A stretch of DNA of 64,000 nt from Blasia pusilla (Eukaryota): NCBI GenBank assembly GCA_050084515.1, contig CM114271.1, positions 186,001 through 250,000 of the forward strand, given 5' to 3'. Positions 37,717 to 48,549 of the stretch are shown here, in pieces; the first letter of the stretch is position 1, and every line of letters begins with the position of its first letter. The position numbers and the translations under genes were made by a program. The notes below the pieces were generated by a model that did no database searches, was not told where the DNA came from, and worked only from the letters and a program-made list of their open reading frames with translations.

Positions 37717-40344
37717 AAAGAGGCACCACAAAAAGGTTTAAACATAAGAATCTCCTTTTTCTAAGCCAATTTACTTAATACTAATGAAACTCTATCTAAC
37801 ACTTAATGACGAAGGAGTTTACACACTGGTTGATTTTACTATACGACAGCGGAGGGAGAAAGTGTCTGTGTCTGAGCATGCTAAGTTCATCCAAGCTGTA
37901 GTATCTACAACTATGAAGTACACTGCAAGCAAGATCCAGCGCTACATCGCCATTCTCAACCTTGAACTTGGCCCTGATTTCTACAAGGAGTTGAAGGCGA
38001 TAATCAAGCGCCAGCGGAAGAGGGATGAAGATCCGCAGGGTTGGATTGGGAAGAAAGTGTCTCTCGATCGCGTCCATCGATTTGCCTTGTCTGGAATTTT
38101 GGAATTTAGGAGAATCCCACTAATGAAAATCATTCTCGAGGGCACAGAGGCCCAAAAGAGGGCGGCACACCATCCTCCGGGTGTCTCTCATCGAGTGATC
38201 TCCCATTGGCTCCGTGAATGGTCATTCTGGGACACGTTGCGGCTTCTCGGAAAGTCCATGCTCGTGGGTCTCCAAGCGGAGTTGAAAAGAATAGAGCCAG
38301 TTCCGGAGGAAGCAAACCTAGAGAGTGCTGAAGATTTTGAACTTTGGCTGGATGACATGCGGGACAAGCCCATAAAAAACCCAGGCTTTAGGACGATCTT
38401 CAAGGATCGCATCCTCCCTCAGGCAGACCTTGATGAAGAAATAGAGGCGAAGAAAAGGGATTTTGCAAAGAAAAAGCGAGATCTTCAGGAGCAGGCAGCC
38501 GATGCATCTCGACTAAGAGCTTCCCCACGCATGGTGTTCAGGTACCTCGTCCATTGTAAGAATGCAGGTACATGGCAAAAAATACCGGCATCTTGCAAAT
38601 TGTGGGCTTCTCCGCCTGATGGAGAGAAATTTTTCATGTACAACATGGAGATGGCTCAAAGCATGTCCGATTGGGAGGTGCTCGATCTGGCTGGACTGCA
38701 ACGACCCTGAGGACATAACCGAGAAAAATCTATGCCTGCTCTATGATGCAGTGGCCGCAAGTAGGGACGACATCCCCAATTTGGTGCAGCCTGAAGACTT
38801 TTTCGAAGGAGATGCGCAGGAGCAAGCCCTCGAGACAGCGGAGTTGGTGTCAGTTCCCAAGCATCGACACCCGCCATCGACAAATTGACAACGCTGGGAT
38901 GGAAGCTTCAACGAAATGGGCACGCTCCCTAGACGGTCCATGGGGAGGTCGAGGAGGTGGCGGTGGATCTCCTCGTCGCTGATTAGCCCTCGGGATTGCG
39001 CTTGTGGGACGAGAATCCGCCCGACGGTGTCCCAAACTGGAATGTCCCTCTTTCTTATGACCAGATCGCGCTCCTATTTTCCTTTGCAGACGCTTATCTC
39101 AGTGACATGGGCTGTTTCTTGGTTTTGATTGGAGGGAGCGAGGACGAGCTCTTCAACCTACAGTGCGTCAAGAGGTCACTAAAGTGGAGGACGGCGCAAT
39201 CGTGGGTCATCAAGAACGAGTACCCACTCTGATCCGCGACAAGTCAAATCCGAGTAAGGGCTCTAAATCCATATCCAAATTGTCTTGCTCTGACGGGTTG
39301 CATCTCTACATGCAACCCGTCGAATTTTCTGAGCTGGAGACTTTGGTGGTGCAATCCGTCTGAAAGCGACGGGTTGCAAATTTACCGCAAGTCTCCATTG
39401 GGTGAATGCAATCCGTCGGAACCCGACGGGTTCCAAGTGCTTATGCTTTTTCCTTGTGTTTATGGAATGATACAACCCGTCTGAAAGCGACGGATTGCTG
39501 TTAGCCAACCATGGGCTGCTCTAAGCCAACAACCTCTTGCCTTCCGACGGGTTGCTCACGGCAAAAAAAATCACTAACACTTGTAAAACAACCCGTCGGA
39601 CTCCGACAGGTTGTTCCAATGTTAAGACTATAACTAAGTTCTCTGGGGTTAATCGAAGTTCTTTGGGAACGAGTTGCACGTTGTGTCACCATTCTAATAG
39701 TATGCCTTTCTTGTTGTTGCATATTGAAATTAGCTCTTTCCTGTCCCTGACATTTTTTCCAACCTGCTTCTTTACAGATGGACCACTTCTTTGTCTACTG
39801 TTTTGTAAGGCCCGAGCTGAACTTCCAAGTGTTTCAGATCCTCGATCTAGTGGATCCATGCTCCAATGGGTACAACTTAGATAGTTTATACAATTCCCCC
39901 CCGGGAATTTACATGCAAGACGGTACCCTCTTACTTGGAGGAAGGGAAAAGTCACCAGCCCTGATGCAAACGCTCATCGAGCTCTGCTCAAGGCCGGGTG
40001 ACTTGGTGTTCGACTTAGTGGGCCTTTCAGGGGCGAATATCAGAGGCGCTTGGCAGAGTGGCAGGAACATTCTTTGCCTTGAGGGAAGGCAGGAAATATT
40101 TGACCTTTGCAAAGAGGCAAAGGCAGATTACGACACGCTAGTTGGGGCGTACAACTCTCCTCTGAAACCGAGAGCTCCGGTTCCAGACTCACCATTGGTA
40201 ATGACACCATCGTCACTTCCCACGATTCCAAAAATCGAGAGGGCAAGACCGACAGTAATTCTGGAAGAGCTCTCGGACGATGACATGTGAGTTCAAAGAA
40301 CTCAAGGACCCAGCTTGACTGCAGCGTTTTGGAGTGGGGATTCA

Positions 40345-41450
40345 TTTGATGACGAGGCAGAAGAATTCATAGACTATATCAAATGTACACTTCCGAGCTC
40401 CCTTTGGATGTAATAAAGCACAAGCGTTTTTTGAACGATGATGGTGTTTGTAAAAGTTTGTTGAATATTTTTTTTGGTCTTGTCGATTGTGATCGTCTAT
40501 GTACTCCGACAGTTTATTTTGCAACCCGTCAGATTCCCACGGGTTGCAACTTTCCACTTTTTGACCACTACACCTTTTTAACCACTTCCAGGCAACGTGT
40601 CGGATTCCGACAGGTTGGCTGCATGAGTGACCAGACTCTTTCCCTGTTAGTCCAACTTTAGAGGCATTGTGGCAGGCTTCTTCACTTTGCCTCCTTCCCC
40701 TAGTATCGTCAAACAAGTCGTAGGCTTCTTCTCTTCTCTAAGACGTGTTGGATTCCTACTATCTGTCGGATTGCCATGATGGTGTTTCCAAGGACGGAGC
40801 ACATATTGATATTGGATGGGTGTCACCTTGCAGAACGTACAAGATATACTGTCGAGGAAGGCGATGGGACTCAAATCAGGTTACATGGGACCGTTATGGT
40901 GTACCTAGGGGGGGGGGGGCAAGGATCTCGAATTCGCCAACATTTTCAATCCCCGTCTACAATCGGCCAGAGGAGCCACTTGTATCCCAGGACATTATTT
41001 TTGTACAGGAACCTAGGAGTTTTAGGAGTAAATTTGTAGATGACGAGGCTGAAGAAATCATAGAGTAGATCAAATGTACATTTCCGAGCTTTCTTCGGAT
41101 GTAATAAAGGACAAGATTTTTTCAAACGATAATGGTGTTTGTAAAAGTCTGTTGAATACTTTTTTTGGACTTGTCGATTGTGTTCCTCTACCTACTCAGA
41201 ATGTTTATTTTGCAACCTGTCTAATTCCGACGGGTTGCAACTTTTTAACCATTTCCAAGCAAGCTGTCGGATTCTGACAGCTTGGCTGCTTGAGTGATCG
41301 GACTCTTTCCCTGTGAGACCAACTTCTGAGGCATTGTGGCAGGCTTCTTCACTTTTGGCTCGTTCCCCTAGATTCGTCAAACCAGTTGTAGGCTTCTTTT
41401 CTTGTCTAAGACGTGCAGGATTCCTACTACCTGTCGAATTGCCATTTCGG
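40345..41450 (+). repeat. Imperfect direct repeat (~430 bp; ~40345-40775 and ~41038-41450) covering the 3' end/UTR of the cargo gene
   Basis: 'gatgacgaggc.gaagaa.tcataga....atcaaatgtaca.ttccgagct...ggattcctacta.ctgtcg.attgccat' is present twice. Confidence 0.85.
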
Positions 41451-42433
41451 ATTCCCAACCTCTTGGATTTTCGTGGGTGCAGGGTGGAATGGAATCACTT
41501 CTGTGGAATGTGAACCACTACCTACTCTCTTCTAAAGATTTCATGAATTTGAAAGCAAACAAAAATTTCAAATAGGTCAACAAGTTTTGAAGAGAGGAGG
41601 TGGATTTGGCCCTTTTTTTGAAAGAGAGACTCTCCTCTCTTCCTCTCTCTTTCCACAATACCAGCCCCCGAGTGAGAGGAAGAGAGTAGAAGAGGGAGAG
41701 ACACACAGTTATAAAAAAGGGGAGAAATGCAGAGATGAAGAAATAAGATTGCTGAAAGCATGGAGAATGGATATTTGCTCGCTTTGTGTTTAACCTGAGT
41801 TAGCCACTAGATTGGTATTTACTCCAGATTGGAGCTATGAAGAACCGTGGGGACAAATAGACTTGCACCTCACACAAGAGAGCATCTGAAATACCAAGGA
41901 GTGTAATATGAATTTGTATTGGTTATGACTGGATGTTAGCTTTGTACCATACCCAACTTTGGCATGTGGTGTTCGAGAAATGTTCCAAGTTTCTGGTATA
42001 GCTCATAGTGTATTGGAGGAGGGCGTCTGGTTCGGATCAAGGCAATGGTCTAGGGACCAATAGAGTCTAAAGACAATTTTAATTGGCTCTAAAATTGGAG
42101 TCTCATTCTTGTAGAATTAGAGACTAAGTTTCTAGGATGATGGAAATTATGGAGCAAGAACTACATTAATTGAGGTGCTTCTATTCATCAATAAGGAACG
42201 TAGGTGGATAAAGCTATGGGTTTATGCAAGATTGTCAACGAGAGCTTTGGAGTTTGACAGAGTCACGGGGGGTGTAGGCACTTGAACGAGTTATTGAGAG
42301 ATTTAGAGGATGAAGCTAAAAGCATTGAGCAGTGTGCGGATGCAGTTAGGGGAAGAAAACAGAGAGGAAGTACATAAGGAGCTTGGAGACATAAGAAATC
42401 GGAGAGGGATATTCTTAGAGAGGAATTCAAATG

Positions 42434-42577
<144 letters not shown>

Positions 42578-43985
42578 CCGGTTTTATGCAGGCTGGACCT
42601 GTGGGAGGTTTCGCTGATGGTTTGCTTCTGCGAGGAGAAGATTAAGAGGAGGTTTCTTCGATTGAAGGACCTATGCCTGGAAGTGTTGCTAAGATCTTTT
42701 ACCCGTAACTGTTCACCCGAAAGTGTAAGGAGAAATCATATCTACGTTGGGTTCAGTGGAAAGGGCTCATAACTGCTATGGGTGTGTTTACATATATGAT
42801 TGACCTTAATCGGATTTTGGTTGAAATCGACTGTCCAAGTCTGGAAATAGGAGCAGCAGCAGTTCCAAGACCGTGCACAACGCCAGGTAGATCCTGGTAG
42901 ATTGGGCAACGTTGTGCTCTATGCAATCAAGGCGAGGAAGCCGAGCCAACGTTGACAAGTGAATAGCGCGGAGCTTTAGGGATACAAAGGAAGATGGTGG
43001 TTTTGTGAAACCATCTCCAACCGGATTGTCGTGCGCATACACGCCACTACACCACATACATCGCTGTCACCGAACACACACACAAACACGCACGATCCCA
43101 TGCTAACTCATGGTATCCAAACAACGAGACAAAGAGAGAAGAGGTTTGATAAAGAGAGAATGAATTCTCAAGCTCTCTCTCATTGAGGTATACCCCTCCC
43201 CTCTCCCAAGCTCTGTCCATGGTAACCTATGCTCCCAATTCACCTCCTTGGCTTTTGACCTGATGTTGGAGGTCAAGGGCCACTTAACAAAAATAGAAAG
43301 TTGATCATATACTCAAAATGCTACTTACCTAAAATAGTAAGTTCCTCAATATGGCTCCAAATGAGCCGAAACGAAGGGAAACTTGCTCTCCTGTGGCTTG
43401 AGCGGGTCATCCTCAACCTACTGAGCGTGTCCTCCACTTCTCAAAAAGGCGCTCTACTAGATCTCACCGATCTATCCTAAAAGACGAGACAGGATCCAGA
43501 GGTAGATTCAACGCCTGTGCCTCGTTTGTGTGGAGGTAGAAGAAGAAAAATCTTTGGAACTGGGTCCGAATTTGCTTTAGCCGTCAGAGAAGCATCAGCT
43601 CAAAGGGATTGGCGCTACATCTGTCCCGAATCGAAGGTTTCCGATCTGCTGTGATTTGGGAAGAGCATCGACCAACAGACCGATCGACTTACATAAGGGT
43701 TGTGAGAAACGAATCAGTCTGAAGAATAGAAGAATAAGTAACGACAATGAAATGAGCATAGCAGCTAGGCAAAGCTCAAAGTGGGGGACTTACCTTTCTT
43801 CACATACGGTGAAACGCAAGAAGAACGTGCAAGACGAGTGATCTGGGTTGGTCGACAGCCTGAAAGTGGGACAAAGACGAAATTGAGTAGAGTGAATTGG
43901 AGACGGAAAAAGAGACGTATCAAACTCATTACGACTCAAAGCAAATGGCAGAAAACTCATTATTATCAGCAATAGATCACACGAG

Positions 43986-44432
43986 TGTTGGATTCTCAAC
44001 ATCCACTCCTCTGAGCTCCATTGATCTGATCGGCCCCCTTGTATGAGGAGAAGCCTAGATCGATGGTTCCGACTTAGACGTCGAAGGAGTCATAGTAATA
44101 TGACGTAGGTGGTTTACGGAGTAGCGTTACTAGGTTTATCTAACCCTATATTGCATCAGGGTGCGGGGCACCCTGATGCAATATAGGATTAGATAAACCT
44201 ATTTTTCTTCGTTTCTATTAATAGAAAAGAAGAAAAATAGGTTAAAACCCTAGTTTTCCCGAGTAGTCAAATAGTCGGGAGCCGCAGCGGTAGCGCATTC
44301 TCGTATGTCGAGTTATCTCCCAGTTCAGGTTCCATCGAAGCTCTTCTATGAGCGCACGGACGGACTAGGCCACTTTGTATCTCTAAGTTTTGTAAAGATT
44401 TAAGTGATTTCGTCACTTTATGTTTTCTCACA
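43986..44432 (+). repeat. Copia 5' LTR (447 bp) containing two long hairpins
   Basis: TG...CA termini, immediately followed by the PBS. Homologous to the solo LTR at 27203-27606. Confidence 0.9.
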
Positions 44433-44444
44433 TGATATCAGAGC
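44433..44444 (+). promoter_or_regulatory. Primer-binding site (initiator tRNA-Met type, one mismatch)
   Basis: TGATATCAGAGC versus canonical TGGTATCAGAGC. Confidence 0.85.
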
Positions 44445-44504
44445 AGTAGGTTTTCTAGTATTTTGTATCTGGCGATCTAGTGTGTTTGCACAAAATCTTG
44501 AGAG

Positions 44505-47500
44505 ATGGCTACTTCTTCGTCAGTTCGTGCTCGCCCTCCTCCGCTGGGTGAAGGGAAGTTAGATGGGTCTAACTATACGTTGTGGAAGTTCAAAATGAGA
44601 AATGTTCTCGAATCATTTGAGATCTGGGAAACGGCCACAGGGGTCGATTCAAATCCACAAGCTAGTTTGAGTTCTGCCTGCTCATCTTCATTTGGGGATA
44701 TCGATCCTGTTGTATTGTTGGCATGGAGACGCAGAAACGCTGATGCTCTATATGCAATTGTCACGAATGTAACTGATTCTGCATGACTCTCATTCAACAT
44801 ACAACCACTACTGCTGAGGCGTGGAACATTTTGAAGAATCAGTATGAAACGAGGAATGAGACTCGGATTCAGAATCTGGAGAATCAGCTTACGTCCGAGA
44901 AATTTTGAGAAGGAGAAAGCGCGGAGCAATTTTTGACAAGGATCAAGAATCTTCAAGATCAGATGGCGTCCGTAGGAATTTCAAAGTCTAGCGAAGATTT
45001 TGCACGTCAGTGCATAAGGATTTTTCCTCCAAGGTATGATAGTTTGGTCACTACACTGAATACTCAAGTAAGACCCACGCCGCTTACTTTTGAACAATTT
45101 AGTGCAATGTTGGTAGAAGAGGAAATGCGCTTCAAAGCAAGAGAGGGAAGTGATGCAGCATTTACTACCAACGTACAGAGAGGTAGAAATCACGATAACA
45201 GTTCAAATGTCAAGAATAAATTTCCACGAAAAGCCTTCAAATGCTTTTATTGTGATAAGCTAGGTCATCTTATCAAAGATTGTAGAAAGAGGAGTCAGGA
45301 TGAGAAGAACGGTTGTTTAAGATCTAAGAAGGAGTCTGGAAATTCTGTAGAACTGGGAGAACATGAAGTAGATGCTTGGGTAGCAATAGAAGAGTTTTGC
45401 ACACAGGCAGAACATTCCACTAAGACAAAGAGTGAAGATGCATGGGTGCTCGATAGTGAAGCATCTAGGCATATGACCAATCATAATGATTGGTATAGCT
45501 CCTTACAGCCTCTACAGGAGCCCATCGTTGTTACTGTTGGGAATAATGCAAAGTGCCCTGTAGAAGGGAAAGGCACAATTTCTTTAGTCTCACAAAAAGG
45601 AGATGAAAAGAAGTTAAGCTGATGTCTTTATGACGTACCCGAGTTGAAGCGAAATTTGATTTCAAGCAGTATTATGTGATCGTGACCTAGAAGTTCGTTT
45701 CAAGAAAACTGGAGCAGTCATTGAGGATGCCAATGGGAAAGTAGTGAGTGAAGGTATACGACGTGGAAATATCTACGAGTTGTATGCTTTCACGATAAGT
45801 GTAGGTACAGATCTTAGTAGCAGTAAGTTGTGGCATGAAAGATTTGGTCACCTAAGCTTTCCCTTACTAAGTCAGATGCAGAAATCTGGCATGGTTGCTG
45901 ATTTACCAACAATTTTTGGAGTGTCGGATACTTGTGAAGCTTGTATGATGGGCAAGCAACACCGACAACCATTTCCACAAGAGTCCAGCAATAGGGCAAA
46001 GGCTCCTCTAGAGTTGATACATGCTGACCTTTGTGGTAAAATGAGAACAGTGGCATTAGGTGGTTCTTCCTACTTCTTTTTAGTTGTCGACGATTATAAT
46101 AGGAAGATGTGGGTGTGTTTCCTTTGTGATAAGGCAAGTGCTTTTAGAAAATTTAAAGTATGGCACAAGCTGGTTGAGAATGAGACAGGAAAGAAGGTAC
46201 AAAAGCTTCGCACCAATCAAGGAGGAGAATTCTTATCAACAGAATTCAACAAATATTTGGGAGAGCATGGAATCAAGCGACAGTTAACCACGGCACATAC
46301 ACCACAACAAAATGGAGTTGTTGAGCGTCAAAACCGTACAGTGGTGGAGATGGCAAGATGTATGATGAAAGCAAAAGGTTTGACAGAAGGATTTTGGGCT
46401 GAAGTTGTTAATACTGCCGTATACATTCTAAATAGAAGTGCTACCAAGTCAGTGCAAGGCATAACTCCTCATTAATCATACTCAGGTAAGGTACCATCAG
46501 TCCAACATTTCAGGACTTTTGGTAGTGAGTGTTTTGTACATATTCTTGAAGCATCGAGGACCAAGTTGGAGTCCAAGAGCAGGAAGTGCATCTTTATGGG
46601 ATACAGTGATGAGTCTAAAGCTTATCGCCTTTGGTGTCCTGAGGAAAAGAAGATGCTTGTGAGTCGTGATGTGGTGTTCCAAGAACAGCCTCGTCAAGTG
46701 GCGGATATCAGTGGTCCGTCCACATTATCATCAAATGAAGAGATAACCCACCAGAGCACACCACAAATGTTTACACCAGATCATCAAGAAGAAGAATTTG
46801 GTGATGATTACAAAGAGCAACCTGCTCTTCCACTACGGTCATCATACCCTAAGTGGATAAAGCAGCTCTTGGATGGTAAAGATCCACCAGCAACTGATGA
46901 AGTTGTTACACATCCAAGGAGATCCAAGAGACTAGAGGAGCAGAATAGAGCTTCCGCACATCTCGTCAATATGGCCCTGATGACAGAGGTCTTGAAGGTG
47001 GAAGAGCCATCATGCTTGGATGAGGCCCTGGCTCATCCTCAATGGAGAGAGGCCATGCAGATGGAGATGGACGCTATTCAGAGAAATAAAACTTGGACTT
47101 TGGTTGAAAAGCCAAAGGACAGGAAGATAATACGCACCAAGTGGGTGTACAAGACCAAGTACAAGTCGGACAGTACATTGGATAAATTCAAAGCGAGGTT
47201 GGTTGCACAAGGATGCTCATAAATCGAAGGTTTTGACAACTATGAGACTTTTGCTCCCACTGCAAGGATGACAACCATTCGAATTGTTCTAGCGGTTGCA
47301 GGAACAAGACGTTGGCATGTATACCAATACGATGTGAAGTCTGTTTTTCTGAACGGGAGTCTCAAGGAGGAGGTATATGTTTCTCAACCACCAGGTTTTG
47401 AGACACCCGGATCAGAAGAGAAAGTTTGTTTACTTCATCGAGCATTGTATGGGTTGAAGCAAGCCCCAAGGGTATGGTATTAACGAATAGATACATTCTT

Positions 47501-48520
47501 TCGAGAGAAGGGTCTCATCAAGAGTCCTTCAGAAGCAAATTTTTATGTGTTTTGCGAAGATGGGATGTATATGTTGATAGTTTTGTATATGGATGATCTG
47601 ATCATCACAGGAGATCACAGTAGGAAAATAGAGGAAATGAAGGGAGTGTTGAAATCTGAGTTTGAAATGTCAGATTTAGGTCTTCTGCACTACTTTATAG
47701 GACTGGAAATTTGGCAATCGGATTCTATTTTTCTCTCTCGTAATATGCTAGAGAAATCTTGAAGGCATTCGGGATGACCGAGTGTAAGGCAGTGGTCTCG
47801 CCAATGGAGGTAGAGTTGAAACTCTCGATGGAGGATGTTTCACCATTGGTAGATGAAATGTTATACAGAAAGCTTGTAGGCAGTTTGATATTTTTGTGTA
47901 ACACTAGACCAGACATTAGCTTCGTGGTGGGAGTGTTGAGTAGGTTCTCAACTAAGCCTCGTGAGAACCATTGGAAGGCAGGGATGCGTGTGTTGAAGTA
48001 CATCAAAGGTACTATCGAGTACGGCATCACCTATGGAGCAGGGACGGAAATGATAGGTTTTTGTGACTCAGATTGGGCAAGAGATTCAGATTCTCGAAGA
48101 TCAGTTTCGGGTTATTGCTTCTTGGTAGGATCAGGTGTGGTGTCATGGGTCAGCAAGAAGCAACCTACAGTGGCTCTCTCTTCTACCGAGGCAGAGTACA
48201 AGGCGGCTTGTTATGCTTCTTGTGAAGCAGTATGGTTGAGATGGATATTGAGGACATAGAGAAGCACCGAGAAAGTGCTCTTTGTAATGTGGTGTGACAA
48301 TCAGAGTTGCATTGCCATAGCACATAATCCTGTGTTTCGTGCTCGTACGAAGCACATAGAGATCCACTACCACTTTGTTCGTGAATTGATCGAAAGAGAG
48401 GTTTTGAAGTTAGTCTATTGTCCAACAGAGGATAATCATGCAGACATCTTCACGAAAGTCTTGAGCGGAGATCAGCTTCACCGACATCTGAAGGATCTTG
48501 GCATAGGTCCAAGACAGTAG
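44505..48520 (+). pseudogene. gag-pol: Copia gag-pol polyprotein with several stops and frameshifts
   Basis: KLDGSNYTLWKFKM (gag N-terminus), CFYCDKLGHLIKDC (zinc knuckle), WVLDSEASRHM (protease), LWHERFGHL (GAG-pre-integrase), LIHADLCG / TPQQNGVVER (integrase), KARLVAQG / LYGLKQAPR / LYMDDLI (RT), GFCDSDWA / TEAEY / RTKHIEIHYHFVRE (RNase H). Confidence 0.95.
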
Positions 48521-48537
48521 TCCACATGAGAGTGGAT

Positions 48538-48549
48538 ATTGAGGGGGGG
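48538..48549 (+). promoter_or_regulatory. Polypurine tract
   Basis: attGAGGGGGGG immediately before TGTTGG. Confidence 0.85.

Larger units (their letters stand above)
34224..40290 (+). pseudogene. Spliced cargo gene: coiled-coil/acidic N-terminus + ParB/Srx-like domain + helical region + beta-class N6A/N4C DNA-methyltransferase-like domain
   Basis: Phase-consistent introns: 34850-34947 (phase 0), ~35421-36324 (phase 2, donor mutated to TTAAGT) and 39254-39777 (phase 0). ParB-like exon RIPLFRF...IAKLKQS...FYV...FFIWDENHKFMAW (cf. DGNHR). MTase motif IV-like VDLLVAD*PSGL (38963-38998; cf. DLIVTDPPYG). Motif X-I-like EKSPALMQTLIELCSRPGDLVFDLVGLSG...AWQSGRNILCLE (cf. QKP.AL...LI...S.PGD.VLDPF.GSGTT..AA...GR..IG.E). 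Confidence 0.7.
28600..41500. mobile_element. Large Mutator-like (MULE) DNA transposon with a divergent cargo gene and dispersed 27-bp palindromes (boundaries approximate)
   Basis: The extent is defined by the transposase, the divergent ParB-MTase-like gene and the palindrome GCAACCCGTCGGANTCCGACGGGTTGC, seen from ~28617 to ~41290. TIRs and TSD were not identified. Confidence 0.65.

Noticed and set aside
28660-41520. Terminal inverted repeats of the MULE-like element (gtggaa..aatcactt motifs at ~28690 and ~41485)
   Set aside because: The similarity is short, in direct orientation, and has no TSD. The termini remain undetermined.
41760-42430. L1-type LINE 3' remnant (WKLWSKN-like motif)
   Set aside because: Too degenerate to support from sequence alone.
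43065-43495. Solo LTR starting TGTCAC
   Set aside because: No convincing matching end or TSD was found.
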